A stretch of 10,214 bases of DNA, from positions 37,072 to 47,285 of the forward strand of contig CBFHOE010000013.1 in the NCBI GenBank assembly GCA_965657355.1, given 5' to 3'. Every line of letters starts with the position of its first letter. The stretch's first letter is position 1. This document shows, piece after piece, positions 1 to 7,274 of the stretch. The notes beneath the pieces are model-generated. The model had not been told where the DNA came from. It saw only the letters and a list, made by a program, of their open reading frames with translations, and did no database searches. The translations under genes and the position numbers were made by a program. The stretch is from Limisphaerales bacterium. Lineage in GTDB: Bacteria > Verrucomicrobiota > Verrucomicrobiia > Limisphaerales > JAJOIW01.

Positions 1-1
1 A

Positions 2-1189
2 CTCAATTTTGCTGAAGCCGTCAAGGTCGCAAATTCAGTGAACGTTCTATTCGCCAAAGCTGGATCTCCAGCATCACAAGCGAATACACAAAATAATCGA
101 CAGAACCAAAACAACCAAAACAACAATCAAAACAATAATCAGTCCAACACGCCGTCTTTTGAATTAGAAAGAGAAATCGAAGAAAAAGCTTACTACCCAT
201 GGTTGGGCGGGCAGCAGGATAACAATCGATTCGGAACTTCCCTATCCCGGCCAGTAAGTGAGCTCGTAGGGCGTGTGAGAATAGTCCCAGACCCAAGGAC
301 CAATTCATTGTTGGTTACATCCAACATGAACTTCTTTCCAGAAGTTCTCAAGCTCGTCAAAGAACTAGACGCACCGACACCCCAAGTTTTAATTGAAGTA
401 AGAATTTTAGAGGTATCTACAGACCTCAGAGATCGTATCGGGACGCGGTTCACTTCAGGCAGTGCGAATACTTTTGAATCTGATGATTTTGAAGGATCAT
501 TTATTGGAGCCGCAACAGGTGGAATAGGGGATACTTTTTCCAATATTTTCGGTAGTGACACCAGCTCAGGAGTCATTGATGCCTCGGTTGATGTCAATCT
601 GCTTGTTCAATTTCTCAAAAAAAATGCTGATGCGACCGTTCTGGCAGAACCACAAATCAATGTCGCAGACAATGAGCTTGGAAGATTATTTGTTGGCTCA
701 AAGATTCCTTTTATTCAAGGAAGTTTAAATACGCGTGAAGGCGGTAGAAATGACACATTTCAATATAGAGATGTCGGAATCATTTTGGAGCTAACACCTC
801 AAATAAATAATGACAAAGAAGTGGCTTTGAAAATTAGAGTTGAGTCATCGAATATGCGAGCAGGGGAAACCCTTTTGGGTGGAGCAATTCTGGACACTCG
901 AAGTTTCAGAACGGACTTGTTGGTTCGTGACCAACAGACCGTTGTTCTTGGAGGCATTATACAAAAAGAAGAATCTGAGACTGTGCGTAAAATACCGCTT
1001 CTTGGTGATATTCCAGTGTTAGGTTATGCATTCAAGAAAAAGGATAAGGTCGTCAGCGATGTCGAATTGATGGTCTTCCTGACTCCTCGAATCACTAGAA
1101 CTTTAAACGATGTAGAATCCCTGACAGAAAATGTGGAATCTAAAACTCCAAAGATTAAGGCTTGGCGTGAAAGTAATGAGAGAATGTAA
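2..1189 (+). CDS. gspD: Secretin (type II secretion GspD-like outer-membrane channel), 5'-truncated by the window edge
   Basis: The frame is open from nt 2 (LNFAEAVKVANSVNVLF), so the GTG at 38 is not the true start. It shows a Secretin_N repeat end (IVPDPRTNSLLV...LVKELDAP) and secretin-core motifs QVLIEVRILEV, LAEPQINVADNE, QYRDVGIILELTPQI, VVLGGII, KIPLLGDIPVLGYAFK and ELMVFLTPRI. GspD versus another secretin class cannot be fully resolved without the N-terminus. Confidence 0.9.
   Translation, partial: LNFAEAVKVANSVNVLFAKAGSPASQANTQNNRQNQNNQNNNQNNNQSNTPSFELEREIEEKAYYPWLGGQQDNNRFGTSLSRPVSELVGRVRIVPDPRTNSLLVTSNMNFFPEVLKLVKELDAPTPQVLIEVRILEVSTDLRDRIGTRFTSGSANTFESDDFEGSFIGAATGGIGDTFSNIFGSDTSSGVIDASVDVNLLVQFLKKNADATVLAEPQINVADNELGRLFVGSKIPFIQGSLNTREGGRNDTFQYRDVGIILELTPQINNDKEVALKIRVESSNMRAGETLLGGAILDTRSFRTDLLVRDQQTVVLGGIIQKEESETVRKIPLLGDIPVLGYAFKKKDKVVSDVELMVFLTPRITRTLNDVESLTENVESKTPKIKAWRESNERM
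77..148 (+). repeat. Low-complexity Gln/Asn coding repeat inside the secretin
   Basis: Degenerate tandem units caaaataat / caaaacaac / caaaacaacaat / caaaacaataat encode QANTQNNRQNQNNQNNNQNNNQSN. Confidence 0.85.
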
Positions 1190-1304
1190 CTCATCTGAAT
1201 ATTCACGAAAATAAGCAGTCATCAGGGATAACGGTTTTTCATTTATTATAAAAAAGTAACCATATTGTAATGGGACGCCAAATTTAAATGTGATACAAAA
1301 TCAT

Positions 1305-2324
1305 ATGCTTTTGTTCGCTTTTCTTGTTGGTATTGTGGTCTATGCTTTGTTTAGGGCTTTGTTTTCAGGCTTTTATACAATTCGCCCAGATGAGAGGGCT
1401 GTATTAACATCCTTTGGAAGAGCTCATACGACTCCGGGGGAAAAAGTTCTTAATCCGGATATACCTGAGGAAGAACAAGAGAGATACAATTACCCAAATG
1501 TGGAAGTCATACCACCCGGTGGTCCCTATTTTAAATGGCCCTGGCAAAAAGTGCACAAAGTGTCAGTGGCAACTCAGGCTGTGGATATCACTTGGGATCC
1601 AAGCAAAAGACAAGATACTATTGAGTGTGTTACCAAAGACAACCTCACCACTGGAGTAAATGGGCAACTGAGGTATAGAGTTAATGAAAATAATCTCTAT
1701 GCCTATCTATTCGGTGTCGTTAGCCCACTCGAGCACGTTATGGGCTATTTCGTTTCTGTGCTCCGGGAGAGGATTGCTACATTCACTGACCCAAAAGGAC
1801 AAAGCTTAGTCAAAGGCGATGAATTGGAGGTAGCTAATCAAGCAGAAGAACTTTCTGAAGGGGTATCAATAAATGACCTTCGAAAAAACCTTCCATTATT
1901 AAATGACTACATGGAACAACAGTGTAGGACAACATCATGGCGATATGGCATTGAGTTAGACGCCGCTCTCATCACAGAAATAGACCCGCCCACTGAAGTA
2001 GACCGGGCTTTGTCCGCCATCAATAGTACCCGAAACCAAGTGGCTGCCGACATTAGCACTGCACGTGCTGACGCGGAGCAGCAGATTACCATGAGCAATC
2101 GAGCTGTTGAAATCGCTTCCAATAATGCACAGGCAGAAGTGGCACCTCTAAGAATCCTGGCAGACACACTAAAAAATATTAAGGGAGAAGGTGGTTCCGG
2201 TGCTCTTAAAACTTATCTGAGAAATATGAGGGTCCCCCTCCTATCAAAGGCAACACGCATTATCTTACCCAGAGGGGAGAATCCGTCTCCAACAATTCAG
2301 AAAGCGAGTTCACCAAACCAGTAA
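1305..2324 (+). CDS. SPFH/Band-7 domain membrane protein, HflK-like
   Basis: N-terminal TM helix (LLFAFLVGIVVYALF), then FYTIRPDERAVLTSFGR...PGGPYFKWPWQKV, CVTKDNL, YGIELDAALITEIDPPTEV and an Ala-rich coiled coil. ATG 1305 is preferred over GTG 1290, but the start is uncertain. Confidence 0.88.
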   Translation: MLLFAFLVGIVVYALFRALFSGFYTIRPDERAVLTSFGRAHTTPGEKVLNPDIPEEEQERYNYPNVEVIPPGGPYFKWPWQKVHKVSVATQAVDITWDPSKRQDTIECVTKDNLTTGVNGQLRYRVNENNLYAYLFGVVSPLEHVMGYFVSVLRERIATFTDPKGQSLVKGDELEVANQAEELSEGVSINDLRKNLPLLNDYMEQQCRTTSWRYGIELDAALITEIDPPTEVDRALSAINSTRNQVAADISTARADAEQQITMSNRAVEIASNNAQAEVAPLRILADTLKNIKGEGGSGALKTYLRNMRVPLLSKATRIILPRGENPSPTIQKASSPNQ

Positions 2325-2347
2325 TTATTATTTGAAGGGTTTTAATC

Positions 2348-3226
2348 ATGCCAATAGAACAAATTATTCCATTTATATTGTTATTCATTGCAGGAATTAT
2401 TGTCATTCCATTTTCATTTAAAATTGCCAAAATGTTTGGGCTTTATACCGTCGTTAATGAAAGTGAATCTTTAGTATTTACTTTATTCGGTAAGGTCCTT
2501 GGAACAATTGAAGAAGCTGGCCTATATTTTCCAATTTCTAAATTTGGTATAAAGGCTTTACTTATTCCTTTCTTTGGAAAAAAACAAAAAGTCAGCACGG
2601 CTCTTTTTCAACACTACCTGAGAAACCTTATGGTGAACTCCGAAGAGGGAACGCCGATGGGGGTTGGTGTTTGGTATGAAATGAGAGTCATAAATCCAGT
2701 TGATTATCTATACGTCAATGCTAACCCTGAAGGTTCGTTAGAAGCCAATGTTTCCTCATCCACTATTTCGACTCTTTCTAATTTAGAAATGGAAATGATG
2801 CTTGAGAACAGACATGCGCTCAGCAGGAACGTCCGGAAGACTGTTTCTCCTCTATCGGAAAAATGGGGTTATAGAATTGGATCAGCCTATATCAGAAAGG
2901 TCGCTTTCACGGATATTCAAATGGTTGATAATATCACTGAAAAAGTCGTTAAAAGATTAGTCCAAGTCACAAGCGCAATGAAACAAGACGGCGACAATAG
3001 AGTTGGCCTTATCCAAAGTGAAACGGCCAACAAGGTCTCAGAAAAGATGGCCGAGGCAGCTTCCAAAAGACCAGAGGTCGTCGGAAATATTCTCAACTCC
3101 ATTGGCAGTGAAGATCCCGAAATCCTCGACGCCGTCATAGAAGTCATGGAAACCGAGAAACTCTTAGAATCAGATGCTAAAGTCGAGCTGATGCCTCAAT
3201 CATCCGCCTATAGTGTACTAGTCTAA
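2348..3226 (+). CDS. SPFH/Band-7 domain membrane protein, HflC-like
   Basis: N-terminal TM helix, then YTVVNESESLVFTLFGKV...AGLYFP, VNSEEGTPMGVGVWYEMRVINP, EKWGYRIGSAYIRKV and a helical tail. It sits 23 nt after the previous gene, with SD-like GAAGGG at 2334-2339. Confidence 0.88.
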   Translation: MPIEQIIPFILLFIAGIIVIPFSFKIAKMFGLYTVVNESESLVFTLFGKVLGTIEEAGLYFPISKFGIKALLIPFFGKKQKVSTALFQHYLRNLMVNSEEGTPMGVGVWYEMRVINPVDYLYVNANPEGSLEANVSSSTISTLSNLEMEMMLENRHALSRNVRKTVSPLSEKWGYRIGSAYIRKVAFTDIQMVDNITEKVVKRLVQVTSAMKQDGDNRVGLIQSETANKVSEKMAEAASKRPEVVGNILNSIGSEDPEILDAVIEVMETEKLLESDAKVELMPQSSAYSVLV

Positions 3227-3246
3227 GCTCTATTTATTAATTTTCC

Positions 3247-3277
3247 AAAATGTGAATTTATGAGATTCACATTTTTT
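3247..3277 (+). terminator. Probable intrinsic terminator (or operator dyad) after the SPFH pair
   Basis: Perfect 11-bp inverted repeat AAAATGTGAAT (3247-3257) / ATTCACATTTT (3265-3275) with a 7-nt loop, running into T6. It lies 20 nt after the stop codon. The stem is AT-rich. Confidence 0.55.
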
Positions 3278-3347
3278 ATTATACCAATATTAGCCAAGCC
3301 TAACATTATTATTATTGCATGAATAATTTTTATTCAACTAATACCAA

Positions 3348-3387
3348 TTGACGTTTATTTTCATTGGAAATATATATTTGCAAATAT
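3348..3387 (+). promoter_or_regulatory. Sigma70-like promoter overlapped by a 14-bp palindrome
   Basis: TTGACG (3348-3353), a 17-nt spacer, then TATATA (3371-3376); TATATT at 3373-3378 is an alternative -10. The perfect palindrome ATATTTGCAAATAT (3374-3387) overlaps the -10 and the ATG. Confidence 0.45.
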
Positions 3388-4186
3388 GAATTGGAGAAAG
3401 CAGCTGGCATTCATTTTTTTATTGGTGATTTATTCACTGAGTAGCGGGTCAGTATATGGACAATTGCAAGGTAAAGTGAGGGATCTGGCGACCGACAGGC
3501 CAGATGCGACAGAGAGTCCAGTTACAGTGGACAAAGGGATGTTTCAGATTGAATCGAGTTTTATGAGCTACACACGAGACAAGGATAATGGAATAAAATC
3601 AGAATCATTTGGTTATGGAGAGATAAATTTTAAGTACGGAATATCTGATAACATGGATTTCCAAACCATTATTGTTCCCTGGGAAAGAAACATTGAAAAG
3701 ACAGCAACGACAAAAACGATAACAGAGGGGATTTCGGATATTACGGCAAGACTCAAATACAATGTTATAGGAAATGACAGTGGGGATTTCGGATTTGCAG
3801 TCATGCCATTTGTAGTCCTTCCCTCAGGAACTGAAGTGAGCACCGAAAAACTACAAGCTGGAATCATATTGCCCACTTCTTTGGATTTAAATGATAAATG
3901 GGGAATAGGCAGTCAGATTGAATTTGGGAGATTTTACCAAGATGAGGGTAGCCATGAGTGGGGGCTGACCCACACCGTTGTTCTGGGCTATGAGGTCAGC
4001 GAATCATTTGGAGTTTATTTAGAACATATAACTGCTGTTGGTGATCACGAGTTGGAGCTATCGGCAAGTTTCGGTGGAACTTATCTCTATGCCGAGAATA
4101 TTCAATTTGATGCAGGGGCCATGATTGGGCTTACAGATTCGGCACCAGATTTGGTCGCTTTCTCAGGCTTTACAATAAAGTTCTAG
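3386..4186 (+). CDS. Outer-membrane beta-barrel 'transporter' (putative MetA-pathway of phenol degradation family)
   Basis: Signal peptide (MNWRKQLAFIFLLVIYSLSSGSVYG), the family N-terminal motif TDRPDATESPVTVDKGMFQIE, GISDITARLKY, alternating amphipathic beta-strands, and a C-terminal Phe (FSGFTIKF, BAM-type signal). Confidence 0.85.
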   Translation: MNWRKQLAFIFLLVIYSLSSGSVYGQLQGKVRDLATDRPDATESPVTVDKGMFQIESSFMSYTRDKDNGIKSESFGYGEINFKYGISDNMDFQTIIVPWERNIEKTATTKTITEGISDITARLKYNVIGNDSGDFGFAVMPFVVLPSGTEVSTEKLQAGIILPTSLDLNDKWGIGSQIEFGRFYQDEGSHEWGLTHTVVLGYEVSESFGVYLEHITAVGDHELELSASFGGTYLYAENIQFDAGAMIGLTDSAPDLVAFSGFTIKF

Positions 4187-4201
4187 TTCGGAGTTCATTT
4201 T

Positions 4202-4257
4202 AGTAAATTAAGTGTCAAAAATTAATTTACTCTTAATTCTGATATATCAGGATTAAG
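4202..4257. promoter_or_regulatory. Two abutting inverted repeats between the barrel and sulfatase genes
   Basis: AGTAAATTAA (4202-4211) / TTAATTTACT (4222-4231) with a 10-nt spacer, immediately followed by CTTAATtCTGATATATCAGgATTAAG (4232-4257), a 26-bp palindrome with one T/G mismatch. Function is not established. Confidence 0.45.
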
Positions 4258-4265
4258 GTTATTGT

Positions 4266-5702
4266 ATGACACACTGCGCAAGGATAGTCTTTCAATTCCG
4301 TCGCCTATTGACTTGTATAAACCTCCTGATATTTGTTTTACCATCAGCAATTGGGGGAGAAACTTCAGATAAGTCTGAGTCGCCTGATGTAGTATTGGTA
4401 ATGCTTGATGACTCGGGATACACCGACTTCAACGTCTATGGAAGCGAGATAGACACACCTAATATAGATAACCTCGCTCGAGAGGGTTTAAGGTTTACTG
4501 ACTGCCACGCAGCAGCACCAAATTGTTCCCCATCCAGAGCAGGCATGCTGACTGGTCGTATGCCCAGTCGTATAGGTATGTATAGTTATATTCCACCAAA
4601 GCATCCCATGCATTTGCTGGACGAGGAAATCACCGTCGCTGAAATTTTAAAGGGCCAAGGATACGCCACAGGTCATTTTGGAAAATGGCATTTGTCACAA
4701 CTAGAATGGGATAGTTCAAAGCAACCCCAGCCAAGAGATCAAGGTTTCGACCATTCGTTAGGAACGACAAATAACTCAAGCCCCAGTCATAGGAATCCCA
4801 ACAATTTTATTCGTAATGGAGAAGCAGTTGGAGAAATCAAAGGCTATTCTTGCCAAATTGTAGCAGATGAATTTATTTCTTGGTCGTCCAAGCTCGATAA
4901 AAACCAGCCCATGTTATCCGTAATTTGGTTTAATGAGCCGCACTCGCCGATTGCCTCTCCTGAGCATCTGGTAAGAAAATACATGGAAAGGAATTCGGGA
5001 ATATCGAAAAAGAAAGCTACCTATTACGCCAATATCGAAAATGTTGATATGGCTGTGGGAAGAATTTTAGACCATTTAAGTGTTCTAGGAAGATCGCAAA
5101 ATTGCTTCTTTTTTCTAACTTCAGACAATGGGGGATTAAATCAATGGTCCAACATGGGACTCCGAGGAAGGAAATCTTTTGTTTATGAGGGTGGGCACAG
5201 AGAACCTGGAATACTGAAATTTCCAGGAAGAGTTTCTCCCGGCAGCATATCTCATGAACCCATCAGCCATCTCGATCTATTGCCGACAATTTGTGAAATC
5301 ACACGTTCGCCATTACCAGAAGATAGAAAATTAGACGGAATAAGTATTTCACCTCTTTTCTCAGGAAAACCAATCAAAAGAGCGACTCCACTTTTTTGGT
5401 TTTTTTATAGAGTAAAACCAGCGGCTGCCTTAAGAGATGGGGATTGGGTCATATTAGGATATTTGGATGATCCGATTAAAAAGCATACCCATCCATTGAC
5501 GACACCTGATATGCCTATGATCAAATCAGCAGAGTTTGAAAAATTCGAGTTATATAATCTCAAAGCGAACCAAAGGCAAGATCAAGACGTTTCCAATTCT
5601 TATTCTAAAAAACTAAATGAGCTATCGAATAAAATGAAAGCCCTTCACAAGGAAGTTGTATCGGATGGTCCCTTTTGGGATCTTTCAAAATGGAAACCTT
5701 AA
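4266..5702 (+). CDS. Cys-type (formylglycine-dependent, family S1) sulfatase, probably exported
   Basis: Motifs VVLVMLDDSGYTD, CSPSRAGMLTG (Cys codon 4524-4526), GYATGHFGKWHL, EPHSP, TSDNG, GRKSFVYEGGHREP, HLDLLPT and ELYNL are all present. The N-terminus is hydrophobic and signal-like. Confidence 0.95.
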   Translation: MTHCARIVFQFRRLLTCINLLIFVLPSAIGGETSDKSESPDVVLVMLDDSGYTDFNVYGSEIDTPNIDNLAREGLRFTDCHAAAPNCSPSRAGMLTGRMPSRIGMYSYIPPKHPMHLLDEEITVAEILKGQGYATGHFGKWHLSQLEWDSSKQPQPRDQGFDHSLGTTNNSSPSHRNPNNFIRNGEAVGEIKGYSCQIVADEFISWSSKLDKNQPMLSVIWFNEPHSPIASPEHLVRKYMERNSGISKKKATYYANIENVDMAVGRILDHLSVLGRSQNCFFFLTSDNGGLNQWSNMGLRGRKSFVYEGGHREPGILKFPGRVSPGSISHEPISHLDLLPTICEITRSPLPEDRKLDGISISPLFSGKPIKRATPLFWFFYRVKPAAALRDGDWVILGYLDDPIKKHTHPLTTPDMPMIKSAEFEKFELYNLKANQRQDQDVSNSYSKKLNELSNKMKALHKEVVSDGPFWDLSKWKP

Positions 5703-5851
5703 TTTTGTATTAGTTAAGATTTTCTCTATTTAAATATCAACATTTCAGGAATAAGCCTGTGTGGGGTTTGAAAAGCCTTTGGCCGGATCAAGACAACAAG
5801 TTCTTGACCGATGATAAGGAATTAGGTTCGCTAGAAAAAATAAGGCGCTTT

Positions 5852-7174
5852 ATGAATACAAACAAAAAACGAAATCTGTTTGAGAAATTGTCATTTAAAC
5901 CAATCAAGTCTGCTGTTTTTTTATTTGCTGTAACATGGGGGTGCTCTGGTTTAGCCGTTGGTGAGACTCAAGAAACCTGGCCAGCTTGGAGAGGGCCCGA
6001 AGCCAATGGTAGTACCAATGCTGGAAAATACCCTACCAAATTGAATGAAAACAGCCAGGAGTGGTCTTTGAGTCTTCCAGGGACTGGCGGATCAACACCT
6101 GTGACTTGGGGTGATCATATCTTTTTAACGACACCTGTTAATAATCAAGACGCTGTCATGGCGGTTGGTTTTGATGGAAAAGAGAAGTGGTTGACAAAAT
6201 TAGGAACCGCTAAGCCACAAAAACATAGAACTCTTGGCTCCAGCTGTAATTCCTCACCAACTACTGATGGTAATTCTATATATGCTTATTTTAAAAGTAG
6301 TAATTTTGCATCGCTTGACCTTAGCGGTAATATTAGGTGGAAAAAAAATCTAGCTAAAGATTTTGGACCAGAAGAACTTTATTGGGACCAGGGAAGTTCT
6401 CCAGTTCTCACTGAGAAACATGTCATTATAGCGAGAATTCACGGAGGTGATTCTTGGGTTGCTGCCTTTAATAAGCACGATGGGGAGCTCGCTTGGAAGA
6501 CCAAAAGAAATTACCCATGCCCACCTGAAAACAATAACGGATATACCACACCAATTCTTTATGAAGAAAACGGAAAGCAATCTTTACTCGTTTTCGGAAG
6601 TGATAGGCTAACATCTTACGACAGTTCAACAGGAAAACTAAACTGGTGGAGCGGTGGATTTAATCCTAGAAAAAGAGGCTATTGGCCAGCCATTTCATCT
6701 CCAGTCATTGTTGATGATCTCGCCATTTTACCGGTGGGTAGAGATGACAGACCTAGGCAAGCGAATGTTTTTGGCGTGAAGTTGGGTGGACAGGGTGAAG
6801 TGACTTCTTCTCATAGAGCTTGGGCCCGGAAAGATGTTGGAGTTTTCGTCCCAGCCTTAGCTGAGGCCAATGGTAAAGTATACCTTCTTAGAAACAAAGG
6901 CGGAGTGGTCTGCATGGATCCAAAGTCAGGAAAAACAATTTGGGAGGACAATCTGCCAGAGGGAAGGTCTCCGTATTACGCATCTCCCACCATTGCAAAT
7001 AATGTTTTATATGCGGCTCGAAATGATGGACAAGTTTTTGTAGCTGCTTTGGAAGAAAAAGGTCTTAAGCTACTCGATTCAATAGACTTCGGTGATTCAT
7101 TTGTAGCAACTCCTGTCCCGGTAAAAAACAGAATTCTACTCCGGAGCTATAACAACTTATATTGCTATAAATAA
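5852..7174 (+). CDS. PQQ-binding-like (BamB-like) beta-propeller repeat protein
   Basis: WPAWRGP N-terminal motif typical of PVC members, repeated 'SSP' and 'G..KW/RW' propeller blades, and a C-terminal LLRSYNNLYC. ATG 5852 gives a signal-peptide-like start and is preferred over GTG 5759. Confidence 0.9.
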   Translation: MNTNKKRNLFEKLSFKPIKSAVFLFAVTWGCSGLAVGETQETWPAWRGPEANGSTNAGKYPTKLNENSQEWSLSLPGTGGSTPVTWGDHIFLTTPVNNQDAVMAVGFDGKEKWLTKLGTAKPQKHRTLGSSCNSSPTTDGNSIYAYFKSSNFASLDLSGNIRWKKNLAKDFGPEELYWDQGSSPVLTEKHVIIARIHGGDSWVAAFNKHDGELAWKTKRNYPCPPENNNGYTTPILYEENGKQSLLVFGSDRLTSYDSSTGKLNWWSGGFNPRKRGYWPAISSPVIVDDLAILPVGRDDRPRQANVFGVKLGGQGEVTSSHRAWARKDVGVFVPALAEANGKVYLLRNKGGVVCMDPKSGKTIWEDNLPEGRSPYYASPTIANNVLYAARNDGQVFVAALEEKGLKLLDSIDFGDSFVATPVPVKNRILLRSYNNLYCYK

Positions 7175-7202
7175 TCTTCACGACCAATAGTTGATTTCAA
7201 TG

Positions 7203-7231
7203 AAAACCCCGATCCCAGGATTGGGGTTTTT
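7203..7231. terminator. Bidirectional Rho-independent terminator
   Basis: AAAACCCCGATC-CCAG-GATTGGGGTTTTT is a GC-rich stem flanked by A4 and T5, lying between convergent genes ending at 7174 (+) and 7275 (-). Confidence 0.85.
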
Positions 7232-7274
7232 CAATTATTGAAGAATGGGGAAATTAATAAAGTTATCTCGAAGG

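Noticed and set aside
77..148. Repeat as a CRISPR array or non-coding VNTR
   Set aside because: The units are short, degenerate and in frame, with no spacers; this is coding low-complexity sequence.
617..624. A8 runs (617-624 and 6341-6348) as slippage sites
   Set aside because: They are expected from Lys-Lys-Asn codons in AT-rich DNA, and the reading frames are intact.
21..1206. Small ORFs 21-308(-), 193-597(-), 840-1022(+) and 1024-1206(-)
   Set aside because: They are antisense or out-of-frame shadows of the secretin gene, with no recognisable motifs.
1271..1287. TGGGACG as a sigma54 -24 element
   Set aside because: There is no TTGC/GC at the -12 position.
3251..3271. TGTGA...TCACA as a CRP site
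   Set aside because: The spacer is 11 nt, whereas CRP requires 6.
1414..6580. ORFs 1414-1659, 1907-2167, 2917-3147, 3613-3876 and 6350-6580
   Set aside because: Each is fully nested in a well-supported gene and looks like a typical shadow frame.
5852..7174. Naming the propeller bamB or a PQQ dehydrogenase
   Set aside because: There is no bam/der gene context, no convincing lipobox and no dehydrogenase-specific features. It fits the expanded PVC paralogue family.
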